Positions 27,811 to 43,029 of a DNA stretch of 64,000 bases are shown here, one piece after another (position 1 is the first letter of the stretch; every line of letters begins with the position of its first letter). The stretch is taken from NCBI RefSeq assembly GCF_009914755.1, contig NC_060929.1, one strand, 5' to 3'. The stretch is from the human T2T-CHM13v2.0 reference genome, Homo sapiens. The position numbers and the translations under genes are program-made. The notes below the pieces were generated by a model that worked only from the letters and a program-made list of their open reading frames with translations, did not search any database and had not been told where the DNA came from.

Positions 27811-28909
27811 TGGAGTTTTTGTATTCTTCAATCATTCATATGAGATGATATGGCTCCATTACATGAATGTATTAACAACAAAATTTAAGTATTTGAAATT
27901 CACTTGACAGATATTTATCAAGCATCTACTATATATGCTAGACACTGTGTGCTAGGCTTTGTGGAAATGACTTATAAACCTTGACTTAATAAATAAATAA
28001 ATTATACGATGCTAGTTTATAACTGCAGAGGTTCAGGTAGAATAAATTTTCATGTTTCCTCTATCTCAACACCCAAGCTCATATAATTTCAGAGGCCTTC
28101 GACTTCTAAAGGTCTAAAAAACAGTCCAAGGTGTGTTCTTGAACCTATTACAATAGTTCACATAGCTTTTCATTAAATGAATCAAATTAATGGAAAGCCT
28201 TGTTATTAGAGGCTGTGCTTTGGCTTGCTGCCCTAGTATTCTGGATGTTTCACAGTCTCTTAACAAGGACATACATAATGAAAGAATGAGGAACTTGTGT
28301 GCTCAAGCTGCTCAATTTAGGTACCAGGGTTGCAGGGCCAAAGCCAGAAGTGGAAATGTGTCTAACAATCCAAGAATCAAGGGTACAGTCCTCAGAGTTA
28401 CTAGGGTAAGAGGCCAGGAAGAACTTTCTGTCTGGAACCTGGGCTAGCCACAGGATAAAACCACAGTAATTGTTGCTACTACCACTTTCTGGGGGCCCTG
28501 CTGCCTTCTAAGCCCAGGTAGCTCGGGCCTCGCTACTGTTTGTTTATCGTGTTTGAATATCCTTTATTAGTCTGTGCCCAAGCTCACTCAGTGCCCATTT
28601 TTCACTAGTCCTAAAGGAGGAGAATATATATCTGGTTATTAAATCCAAGTAACTCATGTCTTTTTTTGACTGGAATCCAAGATTGAAAACACATTTGAGA
28701 GCTTCCCCTAGAGTGAGCTTTCCTCCAGAAGTCCCAGTTACTTGCTTATATTAAACTTTACTCATAAATTCTTCAGTTACATGTATATTCCTAGATAATA
28801 AAAACAATACTAGACTATATTCATTTCTTCATATAAAGCCATAGTCTATTGTATAAAACATAATCACTTCTGGATTATCACTAGTATAATACAAAATCAG
28901 TTAAAATAT

Positions 28910-29600
28910 TTAAAACTTTTTTTCATTATAAAAGTTTCATTCTGGAACACTTGAAAAATAAAAGTATAGAGAAGTATAAAACAAAATCACCCATAATCTT
29001 ACCTGCCCTAGTTTCTGTTAATATTTTGGCACAATTTCTACCATTTTTTCTATGTATGCTTTTAAGATGTCATTTATTCCAATGTTTATGCTGTTTTTCA
29101 AATTAAATTTATTTCATTAGCATTTTTTTCATATTAAAAAAGCTCTTAGTAAACCTAACTCATGATGCTTATATAATATACCATGAAAGAGAGTTGTCAT
29201 AATTCATTTAACTGTGCCCCTACCTTTGGAACTTAGAATTTTTTGAACTTCTTTCACTACAATAAATACTGTTGAAGCAAAGACTTTTGTGCAGCAAAAG
29301 ATATTTTTTAATTATGGATTGCTTTCCTGAATATATTAATAGAATTAAAATATAGTATAGAAACATTTTTAAAGACACCATATTCACAAAGTACTTTCCA
29401 GCAAAGTGTTTTTCAATTTTGTAAGAATGTTTGTTTTGCTTCACCTTCATGAGCATTGGGTATATATCTTTTTGAATATGTTTAAATCATTGTTGGTAGA
29501 TGAAAATACTAATTGCTTTTACCTATTTTTACTTCTGTTGGTTTTTAGCAAAGCAGAATATTTTAAATTACCTATTGGCCACATGAATTTTCTTATTTTA
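28910..29600 (-). mobile_element. Highly decayed L1ME fragment
   Basis: aaaatcacccataatcttacc...gttaatattttgg...cattttta resemble old L1ME 3' ends. Confidence 0.5.
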
Positions 29601-29604
29601 CTTA

Positions 29605-29880
29605 TACATTCATTCATTCAAATATTTATTGAACATCTACTAAGTACCATGCAGTGTTCTAGGTACAAGAAAATTATCAGTGAACAGAGCAGAGAAATTC
29701 CCTGTACCTATGAAGCTAGAGAGGGAAGACAGTCTACAAACAAACTACTGTGAAATGTGTCAGGTGGTAAGTTCTACAAAGAGAAAATAAAGCAGGTGAA
29801 GATTTAGAGAATGAGGAGGGTGCTATTTCAGACAGGCATTAAGGAAGACCTCTCCCTAATGAAATATCACTTAAGGAGAA
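29605..29880 (-). mobile_element. L2 3' end
   Basis: cattcattcattcaaatatttattgaacatctactaagtacc...gtgttctaggtac. Confidence 0.8.
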
Positions 29881-30157
29881 ATATTTGTAAATATTCTGTT
29901 CATTTCCTCAACCAATTCATTTAAAGGAATCTGTTCTCTTAAATTGTGATCCAAAAAAGATAGCCAACATTAACAGTATTTGGATCTAACGAAAACTAAC
30001 TTCTTAAACTTCCTAGATTTCATGGTCTTTCTTCTCAGATAGTGCAATGATTTCAACTAATGGTGGTACGAACCTACATCACTGCTCCCAACTCAGTTAG
30101 CTTTTCCCAATAAATAATAATGTGATATTATTTAAATACAAACAGAAAATGAACCAT

Positions 30158-30268
30158 TCTTTTCTTTTCTTTTTTCTTTTTTCTTTTCCTTTCCCTTTCT
30201 TTCCCTTCCTTCCTTCCTTCCTTCCTTCCCTCTCTTTCTCACCCTCTTCGTCTCTTTCTTTCTTTCCT
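30158..30268 (+). repeat. Polypyrimidine simple repeat including (TTCC)6
   Basis: Directly visible. Confidence 0.92.
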
Positions 30269-30422
30269 CTAGCATTGAGGGTATGCTTGTGATAGAATAT
30301 GCTATATCCTATTTCCCATGGAAAAAAATGGTGCTAATTGATAGTACTAAATTCATAAGGTTATTGTGAGGATTGCATGAGTTAATTGCATGCTTAGCTT
30401 GGTACCCAATACATATTAAGTA

Positions 30423-31989
<1,567 letters not shown>

Positions 31990-32239
31990 TACTAAATAAA
32001 TATTTCAATATTTTAATTATTAACATAATCATCACCATATAATATTCAGCTGAGCAAAGCTGCCCAAATTTGATTCTCACCTTCCTCTTGCATTGACTTC
32101 TTAGAAATCAAGGAATGAGATGTCAGGAGAATTTGTTCATGATGTTGGCTGCCATTTAAAATTATAGCTGCATATAAATCCTGTCTACTTCCAAATTTCT
32201 TTGTGTGAATGAGCGTCATTTGAAAAGTTAAAAGATTTA

Positions 32240-32662
32240 CAGTTGATCCTTAAACAACATGGGCTTGAACTGCACAGGCCAACTTACATGCAGATTTTCT
32301 TCTGCCTCTGCCACCCCTGAGACAGCAAGATCAACCTGACCTCTTCTTTCTCCTCCTCAGCCTACTCAACATGAAGATGAAGAGGATGAAGGCCTTTATG
32401 ATGATCCATTTCCACTTAATGAATGGTAAATATCTATTTTCACTTTCTTATGATTTTCTTAATAACATTTTCTTTTCTCTAGCTTACTTTATTGTAAGAA
32501 TACGGTATATAATACAAAAACATAAAAATTATGTGTTAATTGACTTTGGTGAACAGTAGGCTATTAGTAGTTAACTTTTGGGAGAAGTCAAACATTACAC
32601 ACAGATTTTCAGCTGCACAGGGGTTGGTACCACTAACTCCCGTGATTTTCATGGGTCAATTC
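32240..32662. mobile_element. Tigger2a-like DNA transposon fossil
   Basis: TA-cagttgatccttaaacaacatggg...gaagatgaagaggatgaa...gggtcaattc-TA. Confidence 0.85.
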
Positions 32663-34109
32663 TATATTGAATTTAGTCTTTTCCCTATTTTGTAGTCCTC
32701 TGAAAAGCCATGCAAACTTGCTGGGAATCCAGAATTAATCAAATATAGAGCTCTGTGGATTGCAGGAACTTTTAACTATCTCACACAAAAACACTAACAA
32801 AATTTTTTTTAAAAGAGAAAAAAAAATAACTGGACCAGAGTGTGAAAAACACATATCATTTATTATTCAAGTATTTATTCAGTTGCTTTCTTTATTAGTC
32901 CTTCCTTTCTAATCTATCAAATCTCATTGGTTTGTCTCACAGAAAATCCCTTTGATATGAAATGTAAATTTCCAAATCTGCTGTTTCCTCAGTACTTTGA
33001 CTATCATGGTTCTATGGACTCTTACTTTTAAGAATATACAACAGAAGTAACCAGAAATACTTCTTCTCTCACCTTTTCCCTAGTATTCCTGTCTTCCTCT
33101 CCACATCTCTTACTTTTTGTCCTAAATGTGGAAATTGACAAATGAAAATTTAAAGTCACTACCTTATAAAAGACTGATTTGAAGTTTTTCCATGTCATTT
33201 TTTTAATTCTAGGAAAACATCTTAAATTTATAAGTCAATAAAAACACTTCAAAACAGAGACCAGGTAACATTAGCCATCAAAATTCATCATGATGTGCTG
33301 GGCACAAAAGATTTTCTTAATGAATTATCGATTAAGATGTCAGATAAATTAATTGACATAGAATTTTCTAAAAGAAAGTAGAAGGAGAAGGAAATAGTTA
33401 AGTACCCCAGATGCTAAAGGAAATCAATAGACACTGAGAGAAGGGCCGCAATAATTCTCATGGCTCCTTTCCACTTTCTAGTGTTCCATAAACCTGGTAT
33501 TTTGTTGTCTCTACCTCATACTATTTAATTGTTCTTCTGAAAAAGTAGACTGCATAAGTTGACTTCAGATCCATTTTGGCTTTTGAGTTCCAAATGGGAA
33601 TTTACATTAATAATACAATCTGCAATATTACATTACATTAACTTTATCACCCATGTCCCCCTTCTTCCTCACCATCCAGAATTAATAAAGAAACTAATAA
33701 TCTGGCCACTGAGAGTTTAGACTATATAAAAGGAAGTCTATTTTACCACTTACTTTCAGATGTTGTTGAGTATGAAACAACATACTCAAGCAAAACAACA
33801 TTTCACTTGAAAACGGTCTTCCTACTCTTCAACTGCCCCACCTAATGGCAAGAGGTATGAATAACAGTGATATTCTGGATCCCCTAGTTGAAGAAACCCA
33901 ACAGTAATTTTTCAGATCTGTGCAAACTTGTAGCCCTATGATTGAAACATGCATATTTTCCCCTCACCTTCACAGTACTGCACTACACTCATTTACAGTG
34001 CCTGAATTCATGCCACTTGCAAGCTTTTTAATATGTTTCTAATAATAACATTTTGTCGTTACAGATGAATTGTGGTAAAGTTTACTGAGATAACAAAGGC
34101 TTCGCACAT

Positions 34110-34270
34110 TCTCATTCTATTTAGCATTAGAGAGGATCACAGAAATCATTCACTTACCACTATCCCTATTTTACAAAGGAGAAAACTGAGATGCAATGAG
34201 GTAAAATTATTTTTCTAGAAATCACATACATCTTTAGTGGCAGAACCCTGGTCTTCAAGAAAGATGCTTA
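34110..34270 (-). mobile_element. MIR
   Basis: ctattttacaaaggagaaaactgagatgcaatgaggtaaa...gtggcagaacc. Confidence 0.6.
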
Positions 34271-34866
34271 TTCATCAGACTGCTGCGTCCACCACCAAAA
34301 GCATCAACCTACCACCATTTTCTGATAACTAAATTCTTCCAATCTTTACTCTTAACAAGAGGAAAGTGATATTATGCCCTTTAATAAGCTCGAGGGAAAA
34401 CAGTGGGGGTGGGGGCCTCTTTAAAAGTTAGAACTTGAATTAGAAAACACAAATTAGAATATATACCCAACAAAATTAAGTACATTATTGTAAAAGAGAC
34501 GTTAGCAAAATAGATTTATCCAGCATGCCCCATATATGGAAGATTAGCATAGTGGGTAAAATTGTTAATGCTTTCCAGAGCCCAGGGTTTGGTATCCATA
34601 ACTGAAATTAACCATGTTTCTTGGCAATGTTGTCCCTATTCTTCCATGTCAACTAAGAGTTGGCCTCTTTAGGTCTCCGCAGCTGAGACAAATTACATTG
34701 TATCTCTAAGGACCTATTTAAAACCTTTTGTTGGGTTTTGTTTGCTTTGAGCCATTTGCTTTGTTGTTACATCATTTGAGTTGTTTGGAGGTTTTGTGTA
34801 TTTCTTTTATTCTTGGTAGTAATATTTGATCTACAAAATCCAAACTTACCTCCCAATTCTAAAAGG

Positions 34867-35057
34867 CAGCATTAGTCAGTGTGGCCTTCAGACCATCTAC
34901 ATCAGAATGACCTGGGGAGCTTGTTTAACTGTGGCAATTCCTGGAGCCCTTCCCAGAGATACTGAATCAAAAATCTCTTGGGATAAACTTCAAGAACATG
35001 TATTTTAAGCAATCATTCCTGATTATGTTAATGCATATTAAATTATGAGACTCGCTG
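34867..35057. mobile_element. MER5A
   Basis: catcagaatgacctggggagcttgtt...aattcctggagccc...tactgaatcaaaaatctc. Confidence 0.75.
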
Positions 35058-38000
35058 CCAGGAAGAAAAAAAAAAGATGCTACCCAACCACAAATGGCAA
35101 AGGAAGAAATTAATTTTCCCTTATCCCAGAAAGCCCAACACTTGGCACCCCTTCTACCTGGTACCACAGACTTAGTTTGTAGAACTCCTTAAATTAATGA
35201 GAGGTTTCATTAGCAGAATTTAAAATGGTTCATTCCTAGTCCCTGTCCTGAGAACAAATTACACAGAACCACAAACAGATGGTTTTCAGTTATCTGTTTT
35301 TTAAACAATCTAAGTTAATTGAAAAGCACAATGTGATATTATCAAATAACAGCTGTACCAAAACCCTACCAAACTAAAACTCAAGGTCATTTTGAGGGAA
35401 AGAAAAAGAGGTATATGGGCTTATGCATCTCTTTTTAATTGAAAGCCTGGGCTAACTCCTGAGCTAGCTATGTTGTTTCATAAACTGCGTTGGTCAGTCA
35501 CTACAACACATAAGCGTGTTTCCTCTTTCCCTTTCCCATTGTTATTCTCTCTCCACTTTTTCCATTTCTATCCCTATTTTCTTGCCTATTTATTACTCTA
35601 TATTTTCATCTCTTGAGAAAGTTATTGAGTCCATTTCTACATATTTTTTTCACTGGGTAGGTTTAGCTACACACCATTTAGCTAAACACAAGTTTAGCTC
35701 ACTTCCTCTGAGCAACTTGGTTTCCAGAGCAGCTGTTTCCAGCAGTCTTTCCTCTTTATAATAGGAAATGTGGTTTTACATTTACCCAAATGCAGAGGCA
35801 CATGTGTGTCTGATCCTACAGACAGCAAAGGTAGTCTGACAAATAACTGGCTGATTCCAAATTATACAATATATGTTCTCTTCCGATGATTATCATACTT
35901 GTGCTCATCACTTCAGGGATGCACAAGGCTCAGTTGTAGCACTGCTCTGGAAACTAGTTAACCATATTGAGACTTCTTTATGGGGTGTGCCCTTAACTAG
36001 CACTGCCAAGTCTGTAAACTTATTTCCTCCAACCTTTCATTCAAGGAGGCACTATTTCTCACCATTCCCAACCTCCCCTACCACGCCAAGCCTTGAGTTA
36101 AACAAGAAAGGGGCAAGATTTGGAAAGAAAATATTGGCTTTGAATACAAATGAAAAGAAGAAGCCTGGCCCACTAGCCCCAGGACATCCCCATTGACTTT
36201 CTGGAAATCTGTACACACCACAAATGAGATGATGATATTGGAGAGGAGAGCATTCTAGCAGAAACCATCTGGTAAATGCTGATCTATCTGTCTAGGAATG
36301 AATGTATCATTTAAATATGTTAACCTCAAAATGCCACAGAGCTGTCTTTAATACCACTTAGCCTCTTAATAGCTATTTATTCTTCATTTTGTTCTATTAA
36401 CCCTCTCTTTTATAACACTTTGTTTTTAAGGAAAATAATTTAATAAAAATAAATTCTTCTCAAACTCTCAATATGATGACAAATCAAGCAATAGATTGGG
36501 ATATTAATGATAAAATTATTACTAAATTATCAATAATAATTCTAAATATCAGGTAAAGAGGAAAACCAAGGACACAGAGTAAAGAAATCCTTTATTTACA
36601 ACTAACGGGAAAACTATTCAAAGGCACTGGTCAACAAATAAACCTGGATTAAAAATAGAAATTTTCCAGAAGTCTAAGTGGAATACTCCTTATGTTGCAA
36701 AAACCCAAAACCTAGTGAAATCTGAAAGTTAATTATTTTCCTTTTCTCCTTCCATTCTATTTAAGCAATCAAAAACTCATACTTCTAGAAAAAAAGATGG
36801 ATTTTTTCAATAAATGGTGCAGAAACAAGAGGATACCAGTTTAGAAAAATATATGCGGCTGAATATCTGTGTCACTACTTATAAGCAAATATGTTGATTA
36901 CTGAGTAAACATACTAAATGTTAAAAAATGAAAACTTGCTCACAGAATGATATAGCCAACATGGAACTGGCAGTCAAGGAAAATGTGATGGAAATTTTGG
37001 CTCTATTAATTATGCTGGGATTCCTAAATCATTGCAGGAGGACATGAGCTGGTTTTGTTTTGTTTCTTAATTGACATTCTGTCAATTAAGTATGCATTTA
37101 TCAAATACAAAATGATGTTTTGAAGTATTCTACATTGTGGAATAGTTAAATCTAGCTAATTAACATATGCATCAACTTACATAGTTATCGCTTTGTGGGA
37201 GAGCATTTAATACCCGCTTTCCTAGCATTTCTCAATAATACAATATATTGCCATTAACTGTAGTCACCATGCTCAGAAATAAATCTCTTGAATTTATTCC
37301 TCCTATCTAAAATTTTGTATCCTTTGACCATTTGTCCAAGCCCCCTCCCCCAACCTGTCTAGCCTCTCTACCATTTACTTCTTTATTTCTATGAGATCAA
37401 TGATTTTAGATTCTATATGAGTGTGGTCATACAGTGTTTCTCTTTTTGTGCCTGGCTTATTTAACCTAACATGAGGTTCTCCAGGTTCATCCATGTTGTT
37501 GCATGGATGATTGAGGTGATTCCATATCTTGGCTATCATAAAAATAGTGCTGCAATAAACATGGACTGCCCTTTCACCATTGTGTGTTCTTGGCACTTTT
37601 GACAAAACTCAGTTGGCTACAAATGTGTGAATTTATTTCCAGGCTCTGTATTCTGTTCCATTGGTCTATCTGTTTGTTTGTTTTTATGCTGATATCACGC
37701 TGCTTAGGCTAATTTAGCTTTGTAGAGTATTTTGAAGTCAGGTAGTGTGATGCCTCCAGCTTTGTGCTTTCTGCTCAATAATACTTTGGCTATTCAGGTT
37801 TTTTATAATTCTAATATTAATTTTAAAATTTCTTTATTTCTATGCAGGATGTCATTAATATTTTGGTAGGGATTGCACTGAAACTGTAGATCATTTGGGG
37901 TATTATGGAAATTTTAACAGTATTGATTATTTGAATCCATGAACATGAAATATCTTTCTATTTATTTGTGTGTTCAATTTTATATCTGTATAACATTATT

Positions 38001-38395
38001 ATATATAAATATGTTTTTATATTATAGATAATTATATATAATATAATAACATTTAACCTTTGATCTATGTGTGTACTTACAGGTGAAGTGGGTCCCTTGA
38101 GGGCAGAATATGATTGGGTCTTTTTTTTAAATCTATTTTTCTGTCTTTTGATTGCAGAATTTAATCCATTTACATTCAGGGCTTATTTATGGGTAAGAAC
38201 TTACTACTGCTATTTTGTTCATTGTTTTCTAGTTGTTTTGTAGAGTCTTTGTTTATTTCTCTCTTACTGCCCTTCTTTGTGGTTAAGTGATTTTCTCTAG
38301 TAGTGTATTCTGATTCCTTGCATTTTGTGTTGTGTGTACCAATAATAGGGTCTTCCTTTGTAGTTACCATGAGGCTTATAAAAAACACTTTATAA

Positions 38396-38596
<201 letters not shown>

Positions 38597-39570
38597 CATA
38601 ATTTTAACAAGTTATTTTTCCATTGTAGTTATCATGAGGCTTATAAAAGACACTTTTACTTTTAACAGGTTATTTTAAGCTGATAACAACTTAACATGGA
38701 TTGCAAAATAAAAATTAAAAAACTCTAAACTTTTACCTCATTCTCCCAAACACATTTTGAATTTTGGTGTCACAATTTACATCTTATTATACTGCATGTC
38801 CTGTAACAAATTATTGTAGTTATTATTTTTACTAATTTAGTCTTTTAACCTTTCTTCTAAAGATATAAGTGATTTAAACACCACCATTACAATATTAGAG
38901 TATTCTAAATTTGACTATGTACTTTTACCAATGAGTTTTATATTTATAGATGTTTTGTGTTACTAGCATTAACACATGTTTTTGTATTATTAGCATTCTT
39001 TTATTCCAGCTTGAAGAACTCCATTAAGCATTTTTTTTAACACAGGTCTGGCAATGATAAACTTCTTCAGCTTTTGATTTTCTGGGAAAGTATTTATTTC
39101 TAAAAGATGGCTTTTCTGTGTATAGCATTCTTGGCTGGCATTTTTTTTTTCCTTCAGCACTTTTAATATATCACCAAGTCCCTCCTGATCTGTAAGGTTT
39201 CTGCTGAGAAGTTTGCTGATAGACATATTAAAATGCCCTTATGTGTTGTATGCTTATTTTCTCTTGTTGCTTTCAGGACCCTCTCTTTGTCTTTGATTTT
39301 TGAGAATTTTATCGTAATATGTATTGAATAGTCTTATTTTAACTGAATCTGATTGGAAATCTTTGACCTTCCTGACCTGAATACTTATTTCTTTCTCCAG
39401 ATTTGGAAAGTTTTCTGATTTTATTTCTTCAAACAAACTTTCTACTCCTTTGTTTTTTTCTTCTTCTTGACACCAATGACTCAAACATTTGTTTTTTGAT
39501 GCTGTCACATAAATCTCATATGCTTTCTTCCTTCCTTTCATTCTTTTCTCTCCTTGAACTGTGTATTTTC

Positions 39571-39826
39571 TTTTTTTTTTTTTTTTTTTTGAGACGGAGT
39601 CTCGCTGTCGCCCAGGCTGGAGTGCAGTGGCGCAATCTCGGCTCACTGCAGGCTCCGCCCCCTGGGGTTCACGCCATTCTCCTGCCTCAGCCTCCCGAGT
39701 AGCTGGGACTACAGGCGCCCGCCACCTCGCCCGGCTAATTTTTTGTATTTTTAGTAGAGACGGGGTTTCACCGTGTTAGCCAGGATGGTCTCGATCTCCT
39801 GACCTCGTGATCCGCCCGCCTCGGCC
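39571..39826 (-). mobile_element. Young AluYe5/Ye6-like element, 5'-truncated, 16-bp TSD
   Basis: Sense reads gaaccccagggggcggagcctgc, ggcgacagcgagac (2-nt deletion) and gggcgaggtgg. CpGs intact, T20 tail, perfect TSD tgaactgtgtattttc. Confidence 0.9.
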
Positions 39827-40840
39827 TGAACTGTGTATTTTCAAATAACCCTGTGTTTAAGTTTACAGATTCTTTTTCTGCTTGATCAAGTCTGCTGTTG
39901 ATGCTATTTCATTTTCATTTTGTTCATTGTATATTTTAGCTCTAGGATTTCTGTTTAATTTTAAAAATTGTTATTTCAATTTTTCTGTTTCTCATTGTGG
40001 GTCACTTAATGTTCTCCTTTTTTAAAAGAAATTGTTTATCTGTCTTTTCTCAACATTCACTGAGCTTTCTCAAACAGTTATTTTGAATTCTCTGTCAGGA
40101 AGTTCATGCATCTCCATCTCTTTAAGGTCAATCACTGGTGCTTTATTCTGTCCATTTGGTGTCATCATGTTTCCCTGATTATATCTGATGTTTGAGGACA
40201 TGTATCAATATCTGCACATCTAAAGAAGTAAATACTTATTCCAGTCTTTACAGAATGGATTTGTCTAGGAATGGTCTTCAACAATAAATCTATCCAGAGA
40301 TTCTGGGCAGACCTACTGGCATGATCCCCCTGTCCAAGACTACTGTGGCCATTGCAGCATTAAGGGGTACTCTTAGCCTGGGATTGCTACCTGTGCAATC
40401 AGGTACAAAGCCCTGAGATATAGATATTTTCTACTTTAGGTTGCAAACCACTCTGGCTATAACAAGATTTATTAATATTGATAAGTAAAGTGTGGACATA
40501 GTGAAAGAACAGCTAAAACCCAAAAGAGCTAATCAAGACTTATCAAAGTTAAAAGTAACATCTTTTGAAGAAGAATGTTTTCCTGGATAGGGGTTCAGAG
40601 CAGATTTTCCACTTGGCATAGTAATTTCAGGAGGAAGACTTTTAATGCCTCAGTTTTTCCAATTCCATAATCCCTGTTTTCTAATTCCTCACTGGAAATA
40701 ACTTATTGGCTATTTTCTAACTAACCATTCCACTGTAGGCTCCCCTCTCCCTCACAAGACATTATGAATCTCTCCATGCTGCCCCTTCTTCTGTGAACCC
40801 TCTTCTGAGTAGGTAGGCCGCATAGCCACATATATGTATA

Positions 40841-41158
40841 TAGTTGTCCCTTGGTATCCGTGGGAGATTGGTTTCACAACTTCCAGTGAATACCACGGAT
40901 GCTCATGTCCCTGATACAAAATGGCATAGTATTTGCATGTAACCTACGCACATCCTCTTGTGTACTTTAAACCACCTCAAGATTACTTACATTATCTAAT
41001 ACAATGTAAATACTATGTAAATAGTTACACTGTATTTTTTTAGGAAATAATGACAAGGAAAGTCTCTACATGCTTACTACAGATGATTAAAAAAGTATTT
41101 TAGATTTGCAATTGACTGAAACCACAGATGCAGAAATCATGAATATGAGGGCTGATTG
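40841..41158 (+). mobile_element. MER2
   Basis: agttgtcccttggtatccgtgggagattgg...aaaatggcatagtatttgcatgtaacctacgcac...gagggctgattg. Confidence 0.87.
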
Positions 41159-42489
41159 TGTATGTCTAGGTATGTGTTAGTACATATTTATTCATATGGC
41201 TGTACCTCATGCAACATAATGATTGAAAATAAGAAAAAAGAACAAAAGAATGCAGTTGTTTCTCAGTATACCACTAGAGCTCTTGTTGTTGTACTTGTTA
41301 TTACTACTTTTTTCATTTTGTTTATTGTATTTTTTAACTCTAGGATTTTGCCTTCTTTTCCTCTTCTATAAGATAACCTACCAGAATACGGATAAGACAG
41401 CTTGCCATGGAGAATTATTAATCTCCAAGAACTATTTCAAATAGCTATCCCTGAAGCATCTAGGACATTTGAAAGGAAGTTTGTTTGTCAAGGTTAGGGG
41501 AAAAGAGAAAAACCATAAGAATGTTCAAAAACATGGGCAAAATTATCCATAATCTTGCAGTAGAAAAGCCTCACTAAGCAAAACACAAAAATAAGGAAAC
41601 ATTAAAGAAAAAGATCAACTACATTTTTTACAACACAAAAGATGTACCTCCACTGTTTATTATTGTTTAAACTTTCATATATTTATATACTGTTTAGGAG
41701 TTTTCAAAATATCTTAAATGAATTTGCTCAGATTTTTTTCAACTGAAATATTTAATTCATCCTAATCTAACCTCTTCCCTCACAAAGAGCACAACAATTT
41801 TTTTGCTGGAGTTGGTTTCTAAATCTATCTATGAGATAGAATTCATTCCTACTGTAGAATGGACAAAGAGAAAAGCTGAATAAAGGCAAGAGATGAAGAA
41901 ATAACGCACTATTTCTAACCCCATTTTTAATTCATTTATTAATCCACAATCAATTAATAATAATATAAAGTTTTCATTAAGTCCCCATTAGTTAAGACGT
42001 ATTCATGTTGAGTGAGATATAAGCATGCAAGCATTCCAAGTCTAAATAAACTATTTTGGAATCCCACTTTTCCCTCTGTTCCCTTTATTACTGCAGAGAC
42101 AGAGTCTTAAAAAATTGAGAGAATGCAATAACAATAATTTTTTAAATCCATTAATTTCCATTCTTCTTGATTTTAGCATAATTTTATATCATTTTACTTT
42201 TTGTGGACCTGCAAATTATATTTAGTTTGCATTATCGACATGAAAAGCCTAAGAAACTCAATTTCACAACAGTTCCCAGAAAATGGCTCAGTTTTTACTC
42301 TGTACTCTGCATTTTTCTTTCTTTTTTGATGCCATTTTTACCTCATAAATTATACTGACCATGACCTTTTTAGAGTCTAATTTGGATTAAGTATTATAAT
42401 TATTTTAATTTCAGAAGAAAGAAAATTTACATAGCATTAAGGAATAGCCAACCTAGAATATTATGCCACCATATGGCATATGGATGGAT

Positions 42490-42670
42490 AAAATGGTACT
42501 GTGTTAGACACTTTAACGTGCTTTGTCTCACTTAGTTTTCATAACAATCCTATGATGTAGTCATTATCACCTATATTACTTGGGATGAGTCAAATAAGGC
42601 TCAGCTTGGTAAAGTAATGGCTAGCAACTGATAGGCTAGCCTTTCACTATAGATCTACATAATTCCAAGG
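42490..42670 (-). mobile_element. MIR
   Basis: ttcataacaatcctatgatgtagtcattatcacc...aggctcag...taaagtaa. Confidence 0.65.
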
Positions 42671-43029
42671 ATACAGAGTAAAAGGGAACAAACTAAAAAA
42701 GAAGGAAAAGAGTGAACAGATCTCAGGTAAGGATTTGAAAATCTTCCATTTAAATGCCTCTCCATTACCTGATAAAAGTGTTTTCTTGTCTACAGATAAT
42801 AATAATAATAACACAGCCTAATGTACAAGGTTGTTATGAGTTGCAAATAAGGTAATGTTTTTTAAGAGGACTTTGTAAACTGAAAAGCATCATACAAATG
42901 TTTTATATAGTATTATCATAATGAGGCCTCTGTACACAAAATAAAGAGCACTTGATTAGAGCATTAAAGTGATCCAGAAAAATCATGAAGAGAAACACGA
43001 TAATGACATAGATGATATGTAATGACATA

